Of a DNA stretch of 64,000 bases, positions 18,784 to 29,812 are shown piece by piece. This stretch comes from a bacterium. GTDB taxonomy: Bacteria > Zhuqueibacterota > Zhuqueibacteria > Residuimicrobiales > Krinioviventaceae. Made by a program: the position numbers and the translations under genes. The notes under the pieces are model-generated. The model saw only the letters and a list, made by a program, of their open reading frames with translations. It was not told the DNA's origin and made no database searches. The stretch is taken from NCBI GenBank assembly GCA_963674595.2, contig CAXXFV010000016.1, positions 576,001-640,000 of the forward strand. The letters run 5' to 3'. The number at the start of each line of letters is the position of its first letter. The stretch's first letter is position 1.

Positions 18784-19935
18784 ATGCCTGTTAAGGTGTC
18801 GGTTGTAATGCCTTGTTTAAATGAAGAAAAAACACTGGGAATTTGTTTAAAAAAAGCTCAGAAAGCATTACAGGAAGAAAATATTGAATATGAAATTATT
18901 GTAGCGGATAATGGCTCAACAGATAAATCTGTTGAAATAGCCACTTCTTTCGGCGCCAGGGTTGTTCATGAACCGGAAAAGGGATATGGCAATGCATACC
19001 GAAAAGGTCTTGATGCGTCTTTGGGTGAGTATATCATTATCGGTGATTCAGATGATTCTTATGATTTTGCTGATATAAACCGCTTTCTCGAACCTTTACG
19101 GAATGGTGCCGAATTTGTTATGGGGACCCGTTTGAAAGGGAAAATAGAAAAAGGCGCCATGCCCTGGCTGCATCGGTTTATCGGTAACCCGTTTTTATCC
19201 TGGCTCTTGGATTTGATGTATAATAGTGGAATTTCGGACGCACATTGTGGAATGAGAGCTTTCACAAAAGAATCGTACAGGCGGATGAATTTGCAGACAA
19301 CCGGGATGGAATTTGCATCTGAAATGGTCATCAGAGCCGCACAACTCGGTTTGAAAATAAAAGAGATTCCTATTACGTTATATAGGGACGGCCGAAATCG
19401 TCGTCCTCATTTACGATCATTTCGGGATGGCTGGCGGCATCTTCGGTTTATGTTGTTACATAGCCCGACTCATTTATATATCTGGCCCGGTACGTTTATG
19501 TTTTTGCTCGGAATGGTGCTGCTGTTTGCTCTTTTACCCGGGCCTTTTCATATAGGCGAACGTTATATTGATTTGCATGTTATGGTCCTTGGAAGCTTGT
19601 TTGCCATTTTAGGATTTCAAATTATCAATATTGGAATTTACGCACGAATTTATGCCTATACACATCATTTTATACCCAATGATGCAAGCCTGCAAAAAGC
19701 TTTTAAATTTTTTAATTTGGAACGAGGTTTGATTAGTGGTACATTGATATTTTTAATAGGTTTTTTTACAGATTTGCGTATTTTAATAGTGTGGATTTCA
19801 AATAATTTCGGCCCGCTTAACGAAGTAAGGTTAGCTCTTCTTGCTTCAACGTTAATGATCATCGGTGCCCAAATTGTTTTTTCATCCTTCTTTTTAAGCA
19901 TGTTAGGCATTAAAATTCGCCCGCCTGCAGATTAA
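18784..19935 (+). CDS. GT2 polyprenol-phosphate sugar synthase-like glycosyltransferase with C-terminal TM helices
   Basis: VVMPCLNEE, DNGSTD, GYGNA, GDSDDSYD, DAHCGMR, GMEFASEM and RSFRDGWRHL motifs. Confidence 0.88.
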   Translation: MPVKVSVVMPCLNEEKTLGICLKKAQKALQEENIEYEIIVADNGSTDKSVEIATSFGARVVHEPEKGYGNAYRKGLDASLGEYIIIGDSDDSYDFADINRFLEPLRNGAEFVMGTRLKGKIEKGAMPWLHRFIGNPFLSWLLDLMYNSGISDAHCGMRAFTKESYRRMNLQTTGMEFASEMVIRAAQLGLKIKEIPITLYRDGRNRRPHLRSFRDGWRHLRFMLLHSPTHLYIWPGTFMFLLGMVLLFALLPGPFHIGERYIDLHVMVLGSLFAILGFQIINIGIYARIYAYTHHFIPNDASLQKAFKFFNLERGLISGTLIFLIGFFTDLRILIVWISNNFGPLNEVRLALLASTLMIIGAQIVFSSFFLSMLGIKIRPPAD

Positions 19936-19983
19936 AATATGTTTTAAAAAATTTTTAATGTAATTGTAAATTAGGATATTAGT

Positions 19984-21735
19984 ATGATCATAATTGGCAT
20001 GAATGATATTGCCGGCGCTCATCATAACAGTAGTGTTTCTCTTATAAAGGACGGTAACATTCTGTTTGCTTCCTCGGAAGAAAGATTTTCGCGAATAAAA
20101 TTTGATATGAATTTTCCGTCAAATGCGTTACAAGCTGCATTAGACTATACGGGATTGACATTAAATGACGTGGACTATTTTGCTGTCGGGTATCCACCAT
20201 CTTCATTTTATTCTGATTTGTTTTGTCGTAAGTTTTTTGACTTACCCCGGTCTCTTTTAGGACTTGTCGGCCATAATTTTTTCGGCATGTTTAAATATTT
20301 ATTACCAAATTTTAAAAAAATGTACAAACCGGCTGTTTATGAAAACGGTTTAAAGAAATTTGGTGTGCCGGATGAAAAAATAGTTTTTGTCGATCACCAT
20401 TTATCTCATGCTGCCAGCGCCTACCGATGCAGTGGTTTTGATGAATGTTTGACGATTAGTATGGATGGATTTGGACCCAATGGTCAGGGTGAAAATATTG
20501 CCGGACAAATTTATACGTGTAAAAATGGTGATATGACGCTTTTGGAAGAAATTCCGTTATATGCAACAGCTTTGTGGTATTCGGCCTTTACCGTTTGTCT
20601 GGGACTAAAATATATGGACGGGGAAGGAAAGACAATGGGCCTTGCTGCCTATGGCGATCCCGATGTTTGTTATGATGATGTAAAAAGTATGGTTTTTGAA
20701 AATAAAGACGGAGAGTGGTTGGGGTACCCCTATTGGGTGGATTATATTATGGTCCCCCGTGATGAAATTTTAATGTCTACCTATTCCGGCCGCCGAATTA
20801 TGTCTCTCATTGAAAAACATGGTAAAGAACATGTAGCGGCTGCTGCACAAAAATTGTTGGAAGAACGAATTTTAGGATATTTGGAAGAACTAGGTAAAAA
20901 ATACAAGTTTTCAAAAGTGGCGTTAGCCGGCGGTACCTTTTTAAATGTCAAAGTCAACAAACTTATATTAGAGCTGCCGTTTGTCGATGAAATATTCATC
21001 CATCCCCATGCCAGTGACGGCGGAACAGCCATTGGCGCTGCGCTTGAACTTTATTATCAAAAAACAGGTGATAAAAATCAAATTAAATTAACTGATTCAA
21101 ATCTTGGTGTTAGTTATACGGATAAACAGATTTTAGATGCTCTCGAATCCTTTAATAGTCAAATAGAGTGGCAGAATTTGGGAGATGGTATTTCAGAATA
21201 TGTTGGTGAGGCTTTGACCCAGGGCAAAGTTGTTGGATGGTTTCAGGGACGTGAAGAGTGGGGCCCGCGTGCTTTGGGGCGCCGCAGTGTGTTGGCTGAT
21301 CCCCGTGACCCTGAAACAAGGGAAATTATAAACAGCAAAATGAAGAACCGTGACTGGTTTATGCCTTTTGCCCCGAGCTGTATGGAAGACAGGGGGGAAG
21401 AGTTTTTTGTCAATTTCTGCAAAACTCCTTTTATGACCCTGGCGTTTGATGTTGTGAAGGGTAAAGAAGGCGATGTCAGTTCTGCAATTCATGTTGATAA
21501 TACTGCACGTGTACACAGTGTAACACCTGAAAATATACTTTATTATAATGTTATCAAGAAATTTTATGAATTAACAGGTGTTCCTGTTATTTTAAATACA
21601 AGTTTTAACCAGCATGGTCTGCCGATAGTTCATCGCCCAAAAGAAGCAATTGAACATTTGTTATGGGGTTGTGTTCACGAATTGGCCATTGGAAGCTATA
21701 TTGTCCGGATTAAAGATAGCAAGCAGGATTCATGA
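19984..21735 (+). CDS. O-carbamoyltransferase (NodU/CmcH/TobZ family)
   Basis: EERFSR, DHHLSHAASAY, GEGKTMGLAAYG, LAGG, EWGPRALGRRS, MPFAPS and LNTSFN motifs. Confidence 0.93.
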   Translation: MIIIGMNDIAGAHHNSSVSLIKDGNILFASSEERFSRIKFDMNFPSNALQAALDYTGLTLNDVDYFAVGYPPSSFYSDLFCRKFFDLPRSLLGLVGHNFFGMFKYLLPNFKKMYKPAVYENGLKKFGVPDEKIVFVDHHLSHAASAYRCSGFDECLTISMDGFGPNGQGENIAGQIYTCKNGDMTLLEEIPLYATALWYSAFTVCLGLKYMDGEGKTMGLAAYGDPDVCYDDVKSMVFENKDGEWLGYPYWVDYIMVPRDEILMSTYSGRRIMSLIEKHGKEHVAAAAQKLLEERILGYLEELGKKYKFSKVALAGGTFLNVKVNKLILELPFVDEIFIHPHASDGGTAIGAALELYYQKTGDKNQIKLTDSNLGVSYTDKQILDALESFNSQIEWQNLGDGISEYVGEALTQGKVVGWFQGREEWGPRALGRRSVLADPRDPETREIINSKMKNRDWFMPFAPSCMEDRGEEFFVNFCKTPFMTLAFDVVKGKEGDVSSAIHVDNTARVHSVTPENILYYNVIKKFYELTGVPVILNTSFNQHGLPIVHRPKEAIEHLLWGCVHELAIGSYIVRIKDSKQDS

Positions 21736-21753
21736 GGATAGAAAATAATTGAT

Positions 21754-22803
21754 ATGGCTGATGTGAACCTGAAAATATCGGTTGTTGTGGTTTGCTTTAA
21801 TACAGAGGAAACTATAACAGAATGTATTGAATCGTTATTACATCAGGCATATCCAAAAGAATTGTATGAAATTATTTTTGTGGACAATGATTCGAGTGAC
21901 CAGACCCGGACAATAATAAAACGATATAAAAAATCTAATCCGAATATCAGGCTCATTTTAAATCCGGTGCGTAATATCGCCGCGAGTAGAAACCTTGGTG
22001 TACAATATGCTCAATACGAGTATATTGCTTATATTGATGCCGACTGTGTTGCGCCTTTGGATTGGCTGCAAAAACTGGCATATGGCTTTACGGAAAAGAA
22101 AAAGGATAACCCTAATCTGGCAGGTGTCGGCGGGGCTAATTTCCCCCCTTTAACAGGTCACAAATTTTATAACTTGCTAGCGGTTTTTTTAAATACCTAC
22201 TGGGGAAGTCACGGATCTGTTCAAGGTAAACGTTTTACAAAAGATAAAAAAGTACCACATTTACCAACTGTAAATTTATTGTATAAAAAAAATATTCTTC
22301 TGCAAATCGGCGGCTTTGACAACACTTTAGGCAATATTGGAGAAGATCAGGATCTAAGTTTTCGGTTAGCTAATTCAGGCTTTTGCCTGTACTATATAGC
22401 AGATTGCGGTGTTATACATAAAATGCGTTCAAACTGGCATTCATGGATTAAAAACATGTTTACCTACGGCAAAGGCCGAACCTGGATAATGATCAAACAC
22501 CCGCAGCATATTGAGCCGGCTTTATTTTTTCCCTTTTTGTTTGCGCTGCTGCCGTTTTATTTGATTGCCGGTTTTTATCATTGTTTTTTTCTGTTGCCAT
22601 TCTGTTATTTTCCAATATTTTTTGTTATTAGTTTAACAGAATGTATAAAAGTAAAAAAGTTAAATTTTACATTAACTTTATTTGCTTTATATTTTTTGAC
22701 ACACTATTTTTACGGAATCGGACAATGGTATGGGCTTTTTAAAAAGCCGGCTAAACCTGATGTGCCCTTTAATGAATATGAAATTTTGGATGATGAATTA
22801 TGA
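21754..22803 (+). CDS. GT2 glycosyltransferase with C-terminal TM helices
   Basis: VDNDSSD, SRNLG, IDADC, GGFD and GEDQDLS motifs. Confidence 0.88.
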   Translation: MADVNLKISVVVVCFNTEETITECIESLLHQAYPKELYEIIFVDNDSSDQTRTIIKRYKKSNPNIRLILNPVRNIAASRNLGVQYAQYEYIAYIDADCVAPLDWLQKLAYGFTEKKKDNPNLAGVGGANFPPLTGHKFYNLLAVFLNTYWGSHGSVQGKRFTKDKKVPHLPTVNLLYKKNILLQIGGFDNTLGNIGEDQDLSFRLANSGFCLYYIADCGVIHKMRSNWHSWIKNMFTYGKGRTWIMIKHPQHIEPALFFPFLFALLPFYLIAGFYHCFFLLPFCYFPIFFVISLTECIKVKKLNFTLTLFALYFLTHYFYGIGQWYGLFKKPAKPDVPFNEYEILDDEL

Positions 22804-24704
22804 AATCTGAAAATATAAATATCAAGATATTATTTAAAAGGCTGACGAAATCTTTGCTTTTGATTGGACTGATTGCCGGTTCTATATTCGGTCTGGAATT
22901 GTCTGTTTTTGGAGATTTGTCGGCATATCCTAAAGATGTTTTTGTTTTTACATTTTTTGTGTCAATCCTTTTTATTGTTATTTATTACTTGTTATTCAGC
23001 ATATTGGCATTTGTCGCTGTTTTATTTAAAGTTGATAAAGAAAAAATATTGGCGCTTGTTAATATAGTTGGATTTTCCAGCATTCTTTTTACGCAATTTT
23101 CTATTGTATGGATTGAATTTAACAGACCGATCAAGTTTGGGATTTTGACTGTTTTAATGTTTGTTATTATTGCCCTGATCTCGGTATCCATACCCATTTT
23201 AGTCCGAAAGGCATTAAAGAACGTTAGAATAATAAAGTTTTTTAACAGTTATTATATGCTGTTGGCGTACGGAATCGTTTTTTGTTTGTTTGTGCTGATG
23301 TTATCGATGTTTGTCCGCAATACGCCGGTACGGGAAAACACATTGGGTTTTCTGTCTCCGAAAAACAAAGTTTTGTTTTTCGGCTTGGATGCCGCCGACT
23401 GGCAAATTATGGAGCCCTTATTGGAATCCGGTAAACTGCCGAATATTCAATCGTTAATTGAAAACGGCGCCAGCGGAAACTTACCTACATTGACATCTTG
23501 TTATAATCCCTTTGTTGGTACGATTACCCAGGGTGTTAAAAGCGCTGCAATCTGGAACAGCATTTTTACCGGAAAATCACCATATAAACATGGTATTAAG
23601 GATTTTACCTATACGGAAATTCCCGGTATAAAAAATCCCTATCGTTATCCATTGCTGCCGTCATTTTTACCCAATCGTGGCTTGATTAAGAAAACTTTGG
23701 GATTAAATTACAGGCCCTTTATCCGGCCTATGCGAAAAACAAAAGCAGCCTGGAATATGCTGACGGAAGCCGGATTGGAAACAGCCGCCCTTGGATGGTG
23801 GATGACCTGGCCGGCTGAAAAGATAAACGGTGATTTGTTAACCGACCGGTTTGATGATGAAGATTTGCCTTCGCGTTGGTTCCCTGAAGATCTGGTTAGA
23901 ACATCAGAGGTTGATTCTGTCATTGCAAATATTAAAAATCCATTACAAAAAGATATGGATTTGTTTACTTCATTTTCCTATGATCCTGATTTCAAGTCAA
24001 TATTTAAACCGCAAAGCCGCGAATACCTTTATAATGAGTTGTTATACAATCTTTTTAAAAGTTATTATGAAGACAAGTTTAAAAGCAGTTTGGGACTGCG
24101 GTTGTTAAAGCAGCATCAATATGCTTTTTGCTCTGTTTATTTTTATGGATTTGATACAGCCGGGCATGCTTTTATGCGTTTTAAATATCCGGAACTGTTT
24201 ACTGATGTAAACAAAGATGCAGTGAAATATTTTGGAAATATTATTGATACGTATTTAATGTGGGCTGACAACGAAATCGGAAAATATTTGAAAATTATCG
24301 ATGATAACACGATTGTCGTAATTTGTTCCGATCATGGTATGGGCCCCTGGCAAGGTGTTAGATTGGCAAAAAAAGATGTACGGTTATCCGGCAGCCACCG
24401 TAAAAATGGTATTATTATTATATCCGGCAAACCAATTCGTAATACAAAAATTTCTCCGGCATCTGTTTTGGATGTATTGCCGACCATTTTTTATTTATTG
24501 GGAATGCCTGTTGCGAAAGATTTTGACGGCAGTATAATTGAAAACGCTATAGAGTCTTCATACCTGCAGAAAAATCCTGTAAATTTTATAAAGACATATG
24601 AAACAGAACGTTACGTTGAGCGAAAAAGTGTTTCTATCGACTCTACACAAAAATTTGATGATGCAATGATCCAGCGGTTAAGGGCTTTGGGCTATATAAA
24701 ATAA
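22800..24704 (+). CDS. Membrane-anchored alkaline phosphatase superfamily (NPP/phosphodiesterase-like) protein
   Basis: About 5 N-terminal TM helices; GLDAADW, SAAIWNSIFTG, DTAGH, SDHG, GSHR, DVLPT; ends RLRALGYIK. Confidence 0.8.
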   Translation: MKSENINIKILFKRLTKSLLLIGLIAGSIFGLELSVFGDLSAYPKDVFVFTFFVSILFIVIYYLLFSILAFVAVLFKVDKEKILALVNIVGFSSILFTQFSIVWIEFNRPIKFGILTVLMFVIIALISVSIPILVRKALKNVRIIKFFNSYYMLLAYGIVFCLFVLMLSMFVRNTPVRENTLGFLSPKNKVLFFGLDAADWQIMEPLLESGKLPNIQSLIENGASGNLPTLTSCYNPFVGTITQGVKSAAIWNSIFTGKSPYKHGIKDFTYTEIPGIKNPYRYPLLPSFLPNRGLIKKTLGLNYRPFIRPMRKTKAAWNMLTEAGLETAALGWWMTWPAEKINGDLLTDRFDDEDLPSRWFPEDLVRTSEVDSVIANIKNPLQKDMDLFTSFSYDPDFKSIFKPQSREYLYNELLYNLFKSYYEDKFKSSLGLRLLKQHQYAFCSVYFYGFDTAGHAFMRFKYPELFTDVNKDAVKYFGNIIDTYLMWADNEIGKYLKIIDDNTIVVICSDHGMGPWQGVRLAKKDVRLSGSHRKNGIIIISGKPIRNTKISPASVLDVLPTIFYLLGMPVAKDFDGSIIENAIESSYLQKNPVNFIKTYETERYVERKSVSIDSTQKFDDAMIQRLRALGYIK

Positions 24705-24712
24705 AAAGATAT

Positions 24713-25744
24713 ATGCGAGAACAAAAATATAAATATAGAATTAATGTTTATCAGGAAGTGCGGTTGCTTGTAAAAACTTGTCTTATGCAAACTTATACCC
24801 GGCATAATCAAGGTAATAAACCAAACGCATTCGTTTTTTCAACCCCGCGAAGCGGGTCAACATGGCTTATGGAAATGATTTTAACGCAGCCTGGTTTCCG
24901 TTATTGTGATGAGCCGTTTAACATTCGAACCTATGCCGTACGCAAATGGCTGGGTTCAAGTCGGTGGCAGGAATTTTGCAACAATGAAGATTTTGACAAG
25001 GTTGAAAAATATTTTCAACGTTTTATGCAGAATAAACCTTGTCATGCAAAGCTAAAACATGTTCTGCCGTTTAGTGATTTTTATCAAAAGTGCACGGACC
25101 GTACAGTTTTTAAAATATTGCATGCCGGTGAAGACCAGTTTAACTGGTTTGCTGAAAATTTTAATGGAATTGTTTTCTTTTTAATCAGGCACCCGATCCC
25201 GGTAAGTTTATCCAGAAAATTTTTACCGCGGCTGCCGATGTTAGTCAATAGTATGAAAAAAAACATTTATACAGAAGAACAAATTCGATTTGCCCAACAA
25301 ATTTTAGAAAGCGGCAGCAAACTTGAAAAGGGTGTTTTGGATTGGTGTTTACAAAATTACGAACCGTTAAAAAATTTTCATGAGGATTGGTGTTTAATTA
25401 CTTATGAACAATTGTTAGTGGATCCGCTGCCCGCTATATCTGTTTTAACAGAAAAGTTACAACTGCCCTATGCGGATAAAATGAAACAATATCTGAATCG
25501 CCCGTCATCTACAACCTGGCAGTCTGATTCTGCAACAAAATCTGCCTTTAATAAGGACGGTTCGAAAAACTGGTTGCTGGAAAAATGGCGAAAAAAAATT
25601 GATCATGAAACCGAAACAACGTTGATGAATATTTTAAATGTTTTCGGGATCGATATTTATTCAATAAATAATGTTCTGCCCAATAAACGCTACTGGATAT
25701 CTGAAACCGACAATGTTCTCGTCAGAACAGGAATGTTAAATTGA
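24713..25744 (+). CDS. PAPS-dependent sulfotransferase
   Basis: 5'-PSB loop TPRSGSTWL; EPF; 3'-PB motif LIRHPIPVSLS; ITYEQL. Confidence 0.85.
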   Translation: MREQKYKYRINVYQEVRLLVKTCLMQTYTRHNQGNKPNAFVFSTPRSGSTWLMEMILTQPGFRYCDEPFNIRTYAVRKWLGSSRWQEFCNNEDFDKVEKYFQRFMQNKPCHAKLKHVLPFSDFYQKCTDRTVFKILHAGEDQFNWFAENFNGIVFFLIRHPIPVSLSRKFLPRLPMLVNSMKKNIYTEEQIRFAQQILESGSKLEKGVLDWCLQNYEPLKNFHEDWCLITYEQLLVDPLPAISVLTEKLQLPYADKMKQYLNRPSSTTWQSDSATKSAFNKDGSKNWLLEKWRKKIDHETETTLMNILNVFGIDIYSINNVLPNKRYWISETDNVLVRTGMLN

Positions 25745-27102
25745 AAGATGCGCTTTTAAAATTTTATATTAATCTGAGAAACAATGATAAAAAAATCCTG
25801 TTTCTTTTTCTGGCGGTTGCCTTTGTTGTCCGCCTTGTTTTTATTTTAATTCTTGATCCACACGGTTATTATCTGAGCGATGCCAGGCATTATGATAATG
25901 CGGCAAAGAGTATCCTTGCAGGGGAAGGATGGGGAGAAAAGTATTATCGGTCTCCATTATATCCTTTGGTTATGGCGTTTGTCTATTTTATCTCGGGCCC
26001 TTCATTTGTCAATATGCGTCTTTTTGACGGTGTATTGAGTGTTTTAATTTGTCTTTTTGTTTTTTTAATAGCCAAACATGTATTTAATAAAAAAATTGCT
26101 TTCATTGCCACAGCAATTGCGGCTGTTTTTCCTCATTTTATTGCGTTGACCGGCATTTTGTATTCCACGAATTTATTTACATTGTTGTTGGCTGTTTCAT
26201 GTTATTTTGCTCTCAAAAGTGATACTGCTCTTAAAGTTAAATATGTTGTACTCAGTGCCATTTTTGCAGGATTGGCAGCCCTCACAATTCCATCAATACT
26301 TTTTATTCTACCTTTTTGGATGGTCTTTTTAGTTTTTGCCCGAAAATCACAAATCGTTAAAAGAATTGGTTTCGTTTCTCTCTATATTTTAGTTTTTATG
26401 GCCGTACTGACCCCATGGACAATACGAAATTATCATAAATACGACAGACTTGTTTTGGTCCGCCCTTTACCTAACCGCGTTTTACCTGATTTTAATAGTG
26501 AAAGTGTACAAAACCACAAAGTTGAGAGTGGTTTTAAAGAGGTTTCCGATTATTTGCGGGAGCATCCGAACGGTACAAAAGATGACCAAGTTTCAAACAC
26601 AGTTTTACATTATTTAAAGCACCCTGTTTCTGCCTTTCAGTTTACACTTAAAGAATCAATCCATTTTTGGGCGCTTTACCCGGATCGTTTAAATACAATG
26701 CGCCCGGAATATCGTGAAGCGATTCAGGCTAAGGATAATCGGATGGTCCGTGATGGCGATTTTATATGGAAGTCTGTCAAGATCGTTAGTATCATCGTTA
26801 TGTTGCCGGTTTTTTTATTGGCATTAACCGGGTTATTTTTTGGGAATATCTTTACCCGAAAAACACTTTTTTTGCTCTTGACTATTTTTCCATTTTCAAT
26901 CGGCTATTCCATGATTTATGCCGAAGTACGGTACCGTATTCCCGTTGAACCTTATATACTCATATTTACTGCTGTTGGAATTTATCATTTGTTTTTGTTT
27001 ATAAAATCAAAATATAAAAAAAAACGTATAAATGACGAAATAGCTGTCTCAATCTCTGATACTTTAAGATCACCAGTCACCTCTGAAAAATTAGATTCAT
27101 AA
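25741..27102 (+). CDS. GT-C fold (ArnT/PMT-like) membrane glycosyltransferase
   Basis: SDARHYD loop, RSPLYP, PWTIRNY and RYRIPVEP motifs; multi-TM; TTG start. Confidence 0.8.
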   Translation: MKDALLKFYINLRNNDKKILFLFLAVAFVVRLVFILILDPHGYYLSDARHYDNAAKSILAGEGWGEKYYRSPLYPLVMAFVYFISGPSFVNMRLFDGVLSVLICLFVFLIAKHVFNKKIAFIATAIAAVFPHFIALTGILYSTNLFTLLLAVSCYFALKSDTALKVKYVVLSAIFAGLAALTIPSILFILPFWMVFLVFARKSQIVKRIGFVSLYILVFMAVLTPWTIRNYHKYDRLVLVRPLPNRVLPDFNSESVQNHKVESGFKEVSDYLREHPNGTKDDQVSNTVLHYLKHPVSAFQFTLKESIHFWALYPDRLNTMRPEYREAIQAKDNRMVRDGDFIWKSVKIVSIIVMLPVFLLALTGLFFGNIFTRKTLFLLLTIFPFSIGYSMIYAEVRYRIPVEPYILIFTAVGIYHLFLFIKSKYKKKRINDEIAVSISDTLRSPVTSEKLDS

Positions 27103-27104
27103 TT

Positions 27105-28589
27105 ATGTATAATACTCTTGCAAAAAAACGCACGCCCGCACAAATTGTTTTGTTTTTATTGTTCGGTCTGGTATTGGGAATTTCTGTTGCCGGAGTTTCT
27201 AATTTATCGAATCGGGGGCTGATTGTCGCTTTGATAGGTTTATCATTTCCTTTTATTGCATTAATAATAGGTGATATCAGACGCGTTCTCATGTCGGCAA
27301 TAGTGTTCACAATTCCTATCCGAATTGATATTAATGTAATGAACAAATTTGAAAATCAAGCCGGTGCGTCGACTTTGGGGATTTCTCTGACAGACATTAT
27401 TCTGATTGTATTGTTAATATGGTGGCTTATCGAAGTTGTGTCTAATGACAATATTCGAATTCGTTATTTTGCCAGGATCATTGTTCCTGCTATTTTATAT
27501 CTGGAAGCATGTATGTTGACGCTTTTGTGGGCGCCGCGTATGGACCTGGCATCTATGGAACTGGTACAGATGGCCAAAGTGCTGTTATTATTTTTCGTTT
27601 TAGCCAATCAGATACGTAACCAAAGTGATTTGAAATTGATTATATGGGCATTTGTGCTGACCGTCGGTTTTGAGTCTTTAATTGCTGTGCTGCAAACGGC
27701 TACCGGACATTCATTGTCATTGGGCTTTTTAGGAGAAGCAGAGAAAAACGCCCAGGCTGCCGGTAGATTATGGAGAGTCGGCGGAACTTTGGGGCATCCC
27801 AACAGGCTTGCCATGTTTTTGGAATTGCTGCTTCCGTTATGTTTGGGCCTTGTGTTTTGGGAAAATTTGAAATGGAAAAAATTGATAGCCTTTGCCGTTT
27901 TTGGCATGGGAGTCATTTCATTAATATCAACCGGTTCACGAGGTGGGTGGATCGGCTTAATGTTTTCTATGGTTATCCTTTTTTATTATCTCATTGTTAC
28001 TAAAAGAGTTCAAACCCGTTCTATTATTGGGCCTGTTTTAATTTCTGTTATAATACTATCCGTTATTGGTTATTATTCATCGGAAATGATTGAACGACGT
28101 CTTACCGGAGATGATTACGGCTCTGCGGAAAGCCGAATTCCCATGTTTAAGACCGCTTTTGCTTTGATTGCCGATAAACCTGTGGGTGGAGTCGGTATTA
28201 ATAATTATCAGGTAGTAATGAAAAAATACAACACTGCTGTTGAAAGTCTTCGTTACAAGTCAATCGACCGGCCTGTACATAATATGTATTTATTAATCCT
28301 CGGAGAAAGTGGTTTTATCGGCTTTATTACATTTGGTATTTTAACCATCTATCTATTTTTTATTGTAATCAAGGCAATAAGGAGTCCTAATAAAATAGTT
28401 TCGATTGTATCCATGTGTTTGTATGGCGGTTTTTTTGCGTTTTATCTTCATGGCCTTGTTGATAAACACCCGCCAGGTGGTTATTCATTGTTTTATGCTA
28501 TGATGGCAATAGCTGCTTCAGGATACTATTTTGACGATAAATCGAATGATACTGATTCTTTACTAAATGATAATTTGAATTTGAATTAA
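27105..28589 (+). CDS. O-antigen ligase / Wzy polymerase family protein
   Basis: RVGGTLGHPN, TGSRGGW, GVGINNY and VHNMYLLILGESG motifs; multi-TM. Confidence 0.85.
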   Translation: MYNTLAKKRTPAQIVLFLLFGLVLGISVAGVSNLSNRGLIVALIGLSFPFIALIIGDIRRVLMSAIVFTIPIRIDINVMNKFENQAGASTLGISLTDIILIVLLIWWLIEVVSNDNIRIRYFARIIVPAILYLEACMLTLLWAPRMDLASMELVQMAKVLLLFFVLANQIRNQSDLKLIIWAFVLTVGFESLIAVLQTATGHSLSLGFLGEAEKNAQAAGRLWRVGGTLGHPNRLAMFLELLLPLCLGLVFWENLKWKKLIAFAVFGMGVISLISTGSRGGWIGLMFSMVILFYYLIVTKRVQTRSIIGPVLISVIILSVIGYYSSEMIERRLTGDDYGSAESRIPMFKTAFALIADKPVGGVGINNYQVVMKKYNTAVESLRYKSIDRPVHNMYLLILGESGFIGFITFGILTIYLFFIVIKAIRSPNKIVSIVSMCLYGGFFAFYLHGLVDKHPPGGYSLFYAMMAIAASGYYFDDKSNDTDSLLNDNLNLN

Positions 28590-28613
28590 ATAAAACTAAA
28601 CTGAAAGTCTTGT

Positions 28614-29810
28614 ATGCTCAGAAATATGGCTTTTAAAATCGGGAGTGTTTCTTTTATTTTTGCACTTGTTATGGTGCTGGCAATGCTTTCGAACATTATT
28701 TTGGGTAATGTTCTAAGTCAGGAAGATTTCGGTCACTTTCATCTTATACGGACAATTATTCTTTTTATCGCGCCTTTAGCAATCTGGGGGCAAAGTATTG
28801 CGGCGGCACGTTATTTTAGTCAAAATGATATAAGCCAATTCCGATGGGGAAAAGCCTTTATAAAAATTATGCTGGTCGTTATGGTTTTGGTCATACTGAG
28901 TGTTATCATTGTTCATTTTGTATATCATCTTTCTTTACCCTATTTAGTAAGTATTGGTTTTGCGATTTTTGCAACCTGTGGTACATTGTTTTTGTCCAAT
29001 GTTGTTCGAAGCCAGCAACGTTATTCTCAAGCCATATTAATGTTTAGCGGTTTCCGGATTTTATTCTTTTTATTACTGGTTGTTATATATTTTTATACAA
29101 AGCTGACAACGGCTTCTGCCGTATTTGCCTTTATTGCTGTTATTGTTTTAATGATGATTTTTAATCTTATTTTTACCTTTAAAACAGTACCTCGTGGAAA
29201 TACGGACGTCCCCAATGAAATGCACACCACAGGACTTTTGTTAATGGGAATTGATGCATCCGTAGACCTTTTTGCATCTCTTGACAGTTTGGTGATACCT
29301 AAAATTCTTGGTTTAGAAGCATTGGGGCTTTATGCCGCTACTATGGTTCCAACCCAGATTTTTAAAGTCCTTAATAAATCTTCAAAATACGTTTGGGTCC
29401 CAGAGTTCGGCAGAAATGGAAATATCCGGTTTAAAAAATTAAATGCTGCCGTAGCCCTTGTAGCTGCTTTTCTTGTGATCAGCCTCGCTGCTTTTGCTCA
29501 TCCGATTTTGGATTTGCTATACCATGGTAAATATAATGAGGGTGTTCCGCTTTTCAGAGTTCTTGTCATTGTAGGTGCATTACGGTTATTTTATAGCCTG
29601 GGTTCAAGTGTGGTTATGGGGAAATTGGGAAAAGAAGCCTTGAAATATCATTTGGGCTTTACGTTATTTACAGTGGCTTTATATGCTTTTTTACTTGTTA
29701 CTTTTTTACGAACGTTTGGTCTCATGGGTGCCGGATATGCTTTGGTTATAATAACAATAGTTAGAGTTCTGACAACTTATTATGTAATTTATCTGTTTAG
29801 AAATAAATAA
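28614..29810 (+). CDS. Wzx-type oligosaccharide flippase
   Basis: About 12 TM helices; LSQEDFG, ALGLY, LYHGKY and FGLMGAG motifs; locus context. Confidence 0.78.
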   Translation: MLRNMAFKIGSVSFIFALVMVLAMLSNIILGNVLSQEDFGHFHLIRTIILFIAPLAIWGQSIAAARYFSQNDISQFRWGKAFIKIMLVVMVLVILSVIIVHFVYHLSLPYLVSIGFAIFATCGTLFLSNVVRSQQRYSQAILMFSGFRILFFLLLVVIYFYTKLTTASAVFAFIAVIVLMMIFNLIFTFKTVPRGNTDVPNEMHTTGLLLMGIDASVDLFASLDSLVIPKILGLEALGLYAATMVPTQIFKVLNKSSKYVWVPEFGRNGNIRFKKLNAAVALVAAFLVISLAAFAHPILDLLYHGKYNEGVPLFRVLVIVGALRLFYSLGSSVVMGKLGKEALKYHLGFTLFTVALYAFLLVTFLRTFGLMGAGYALVIITIVRVLTTYYVIYLFRNK

Positions 29811-29812
29811 AA

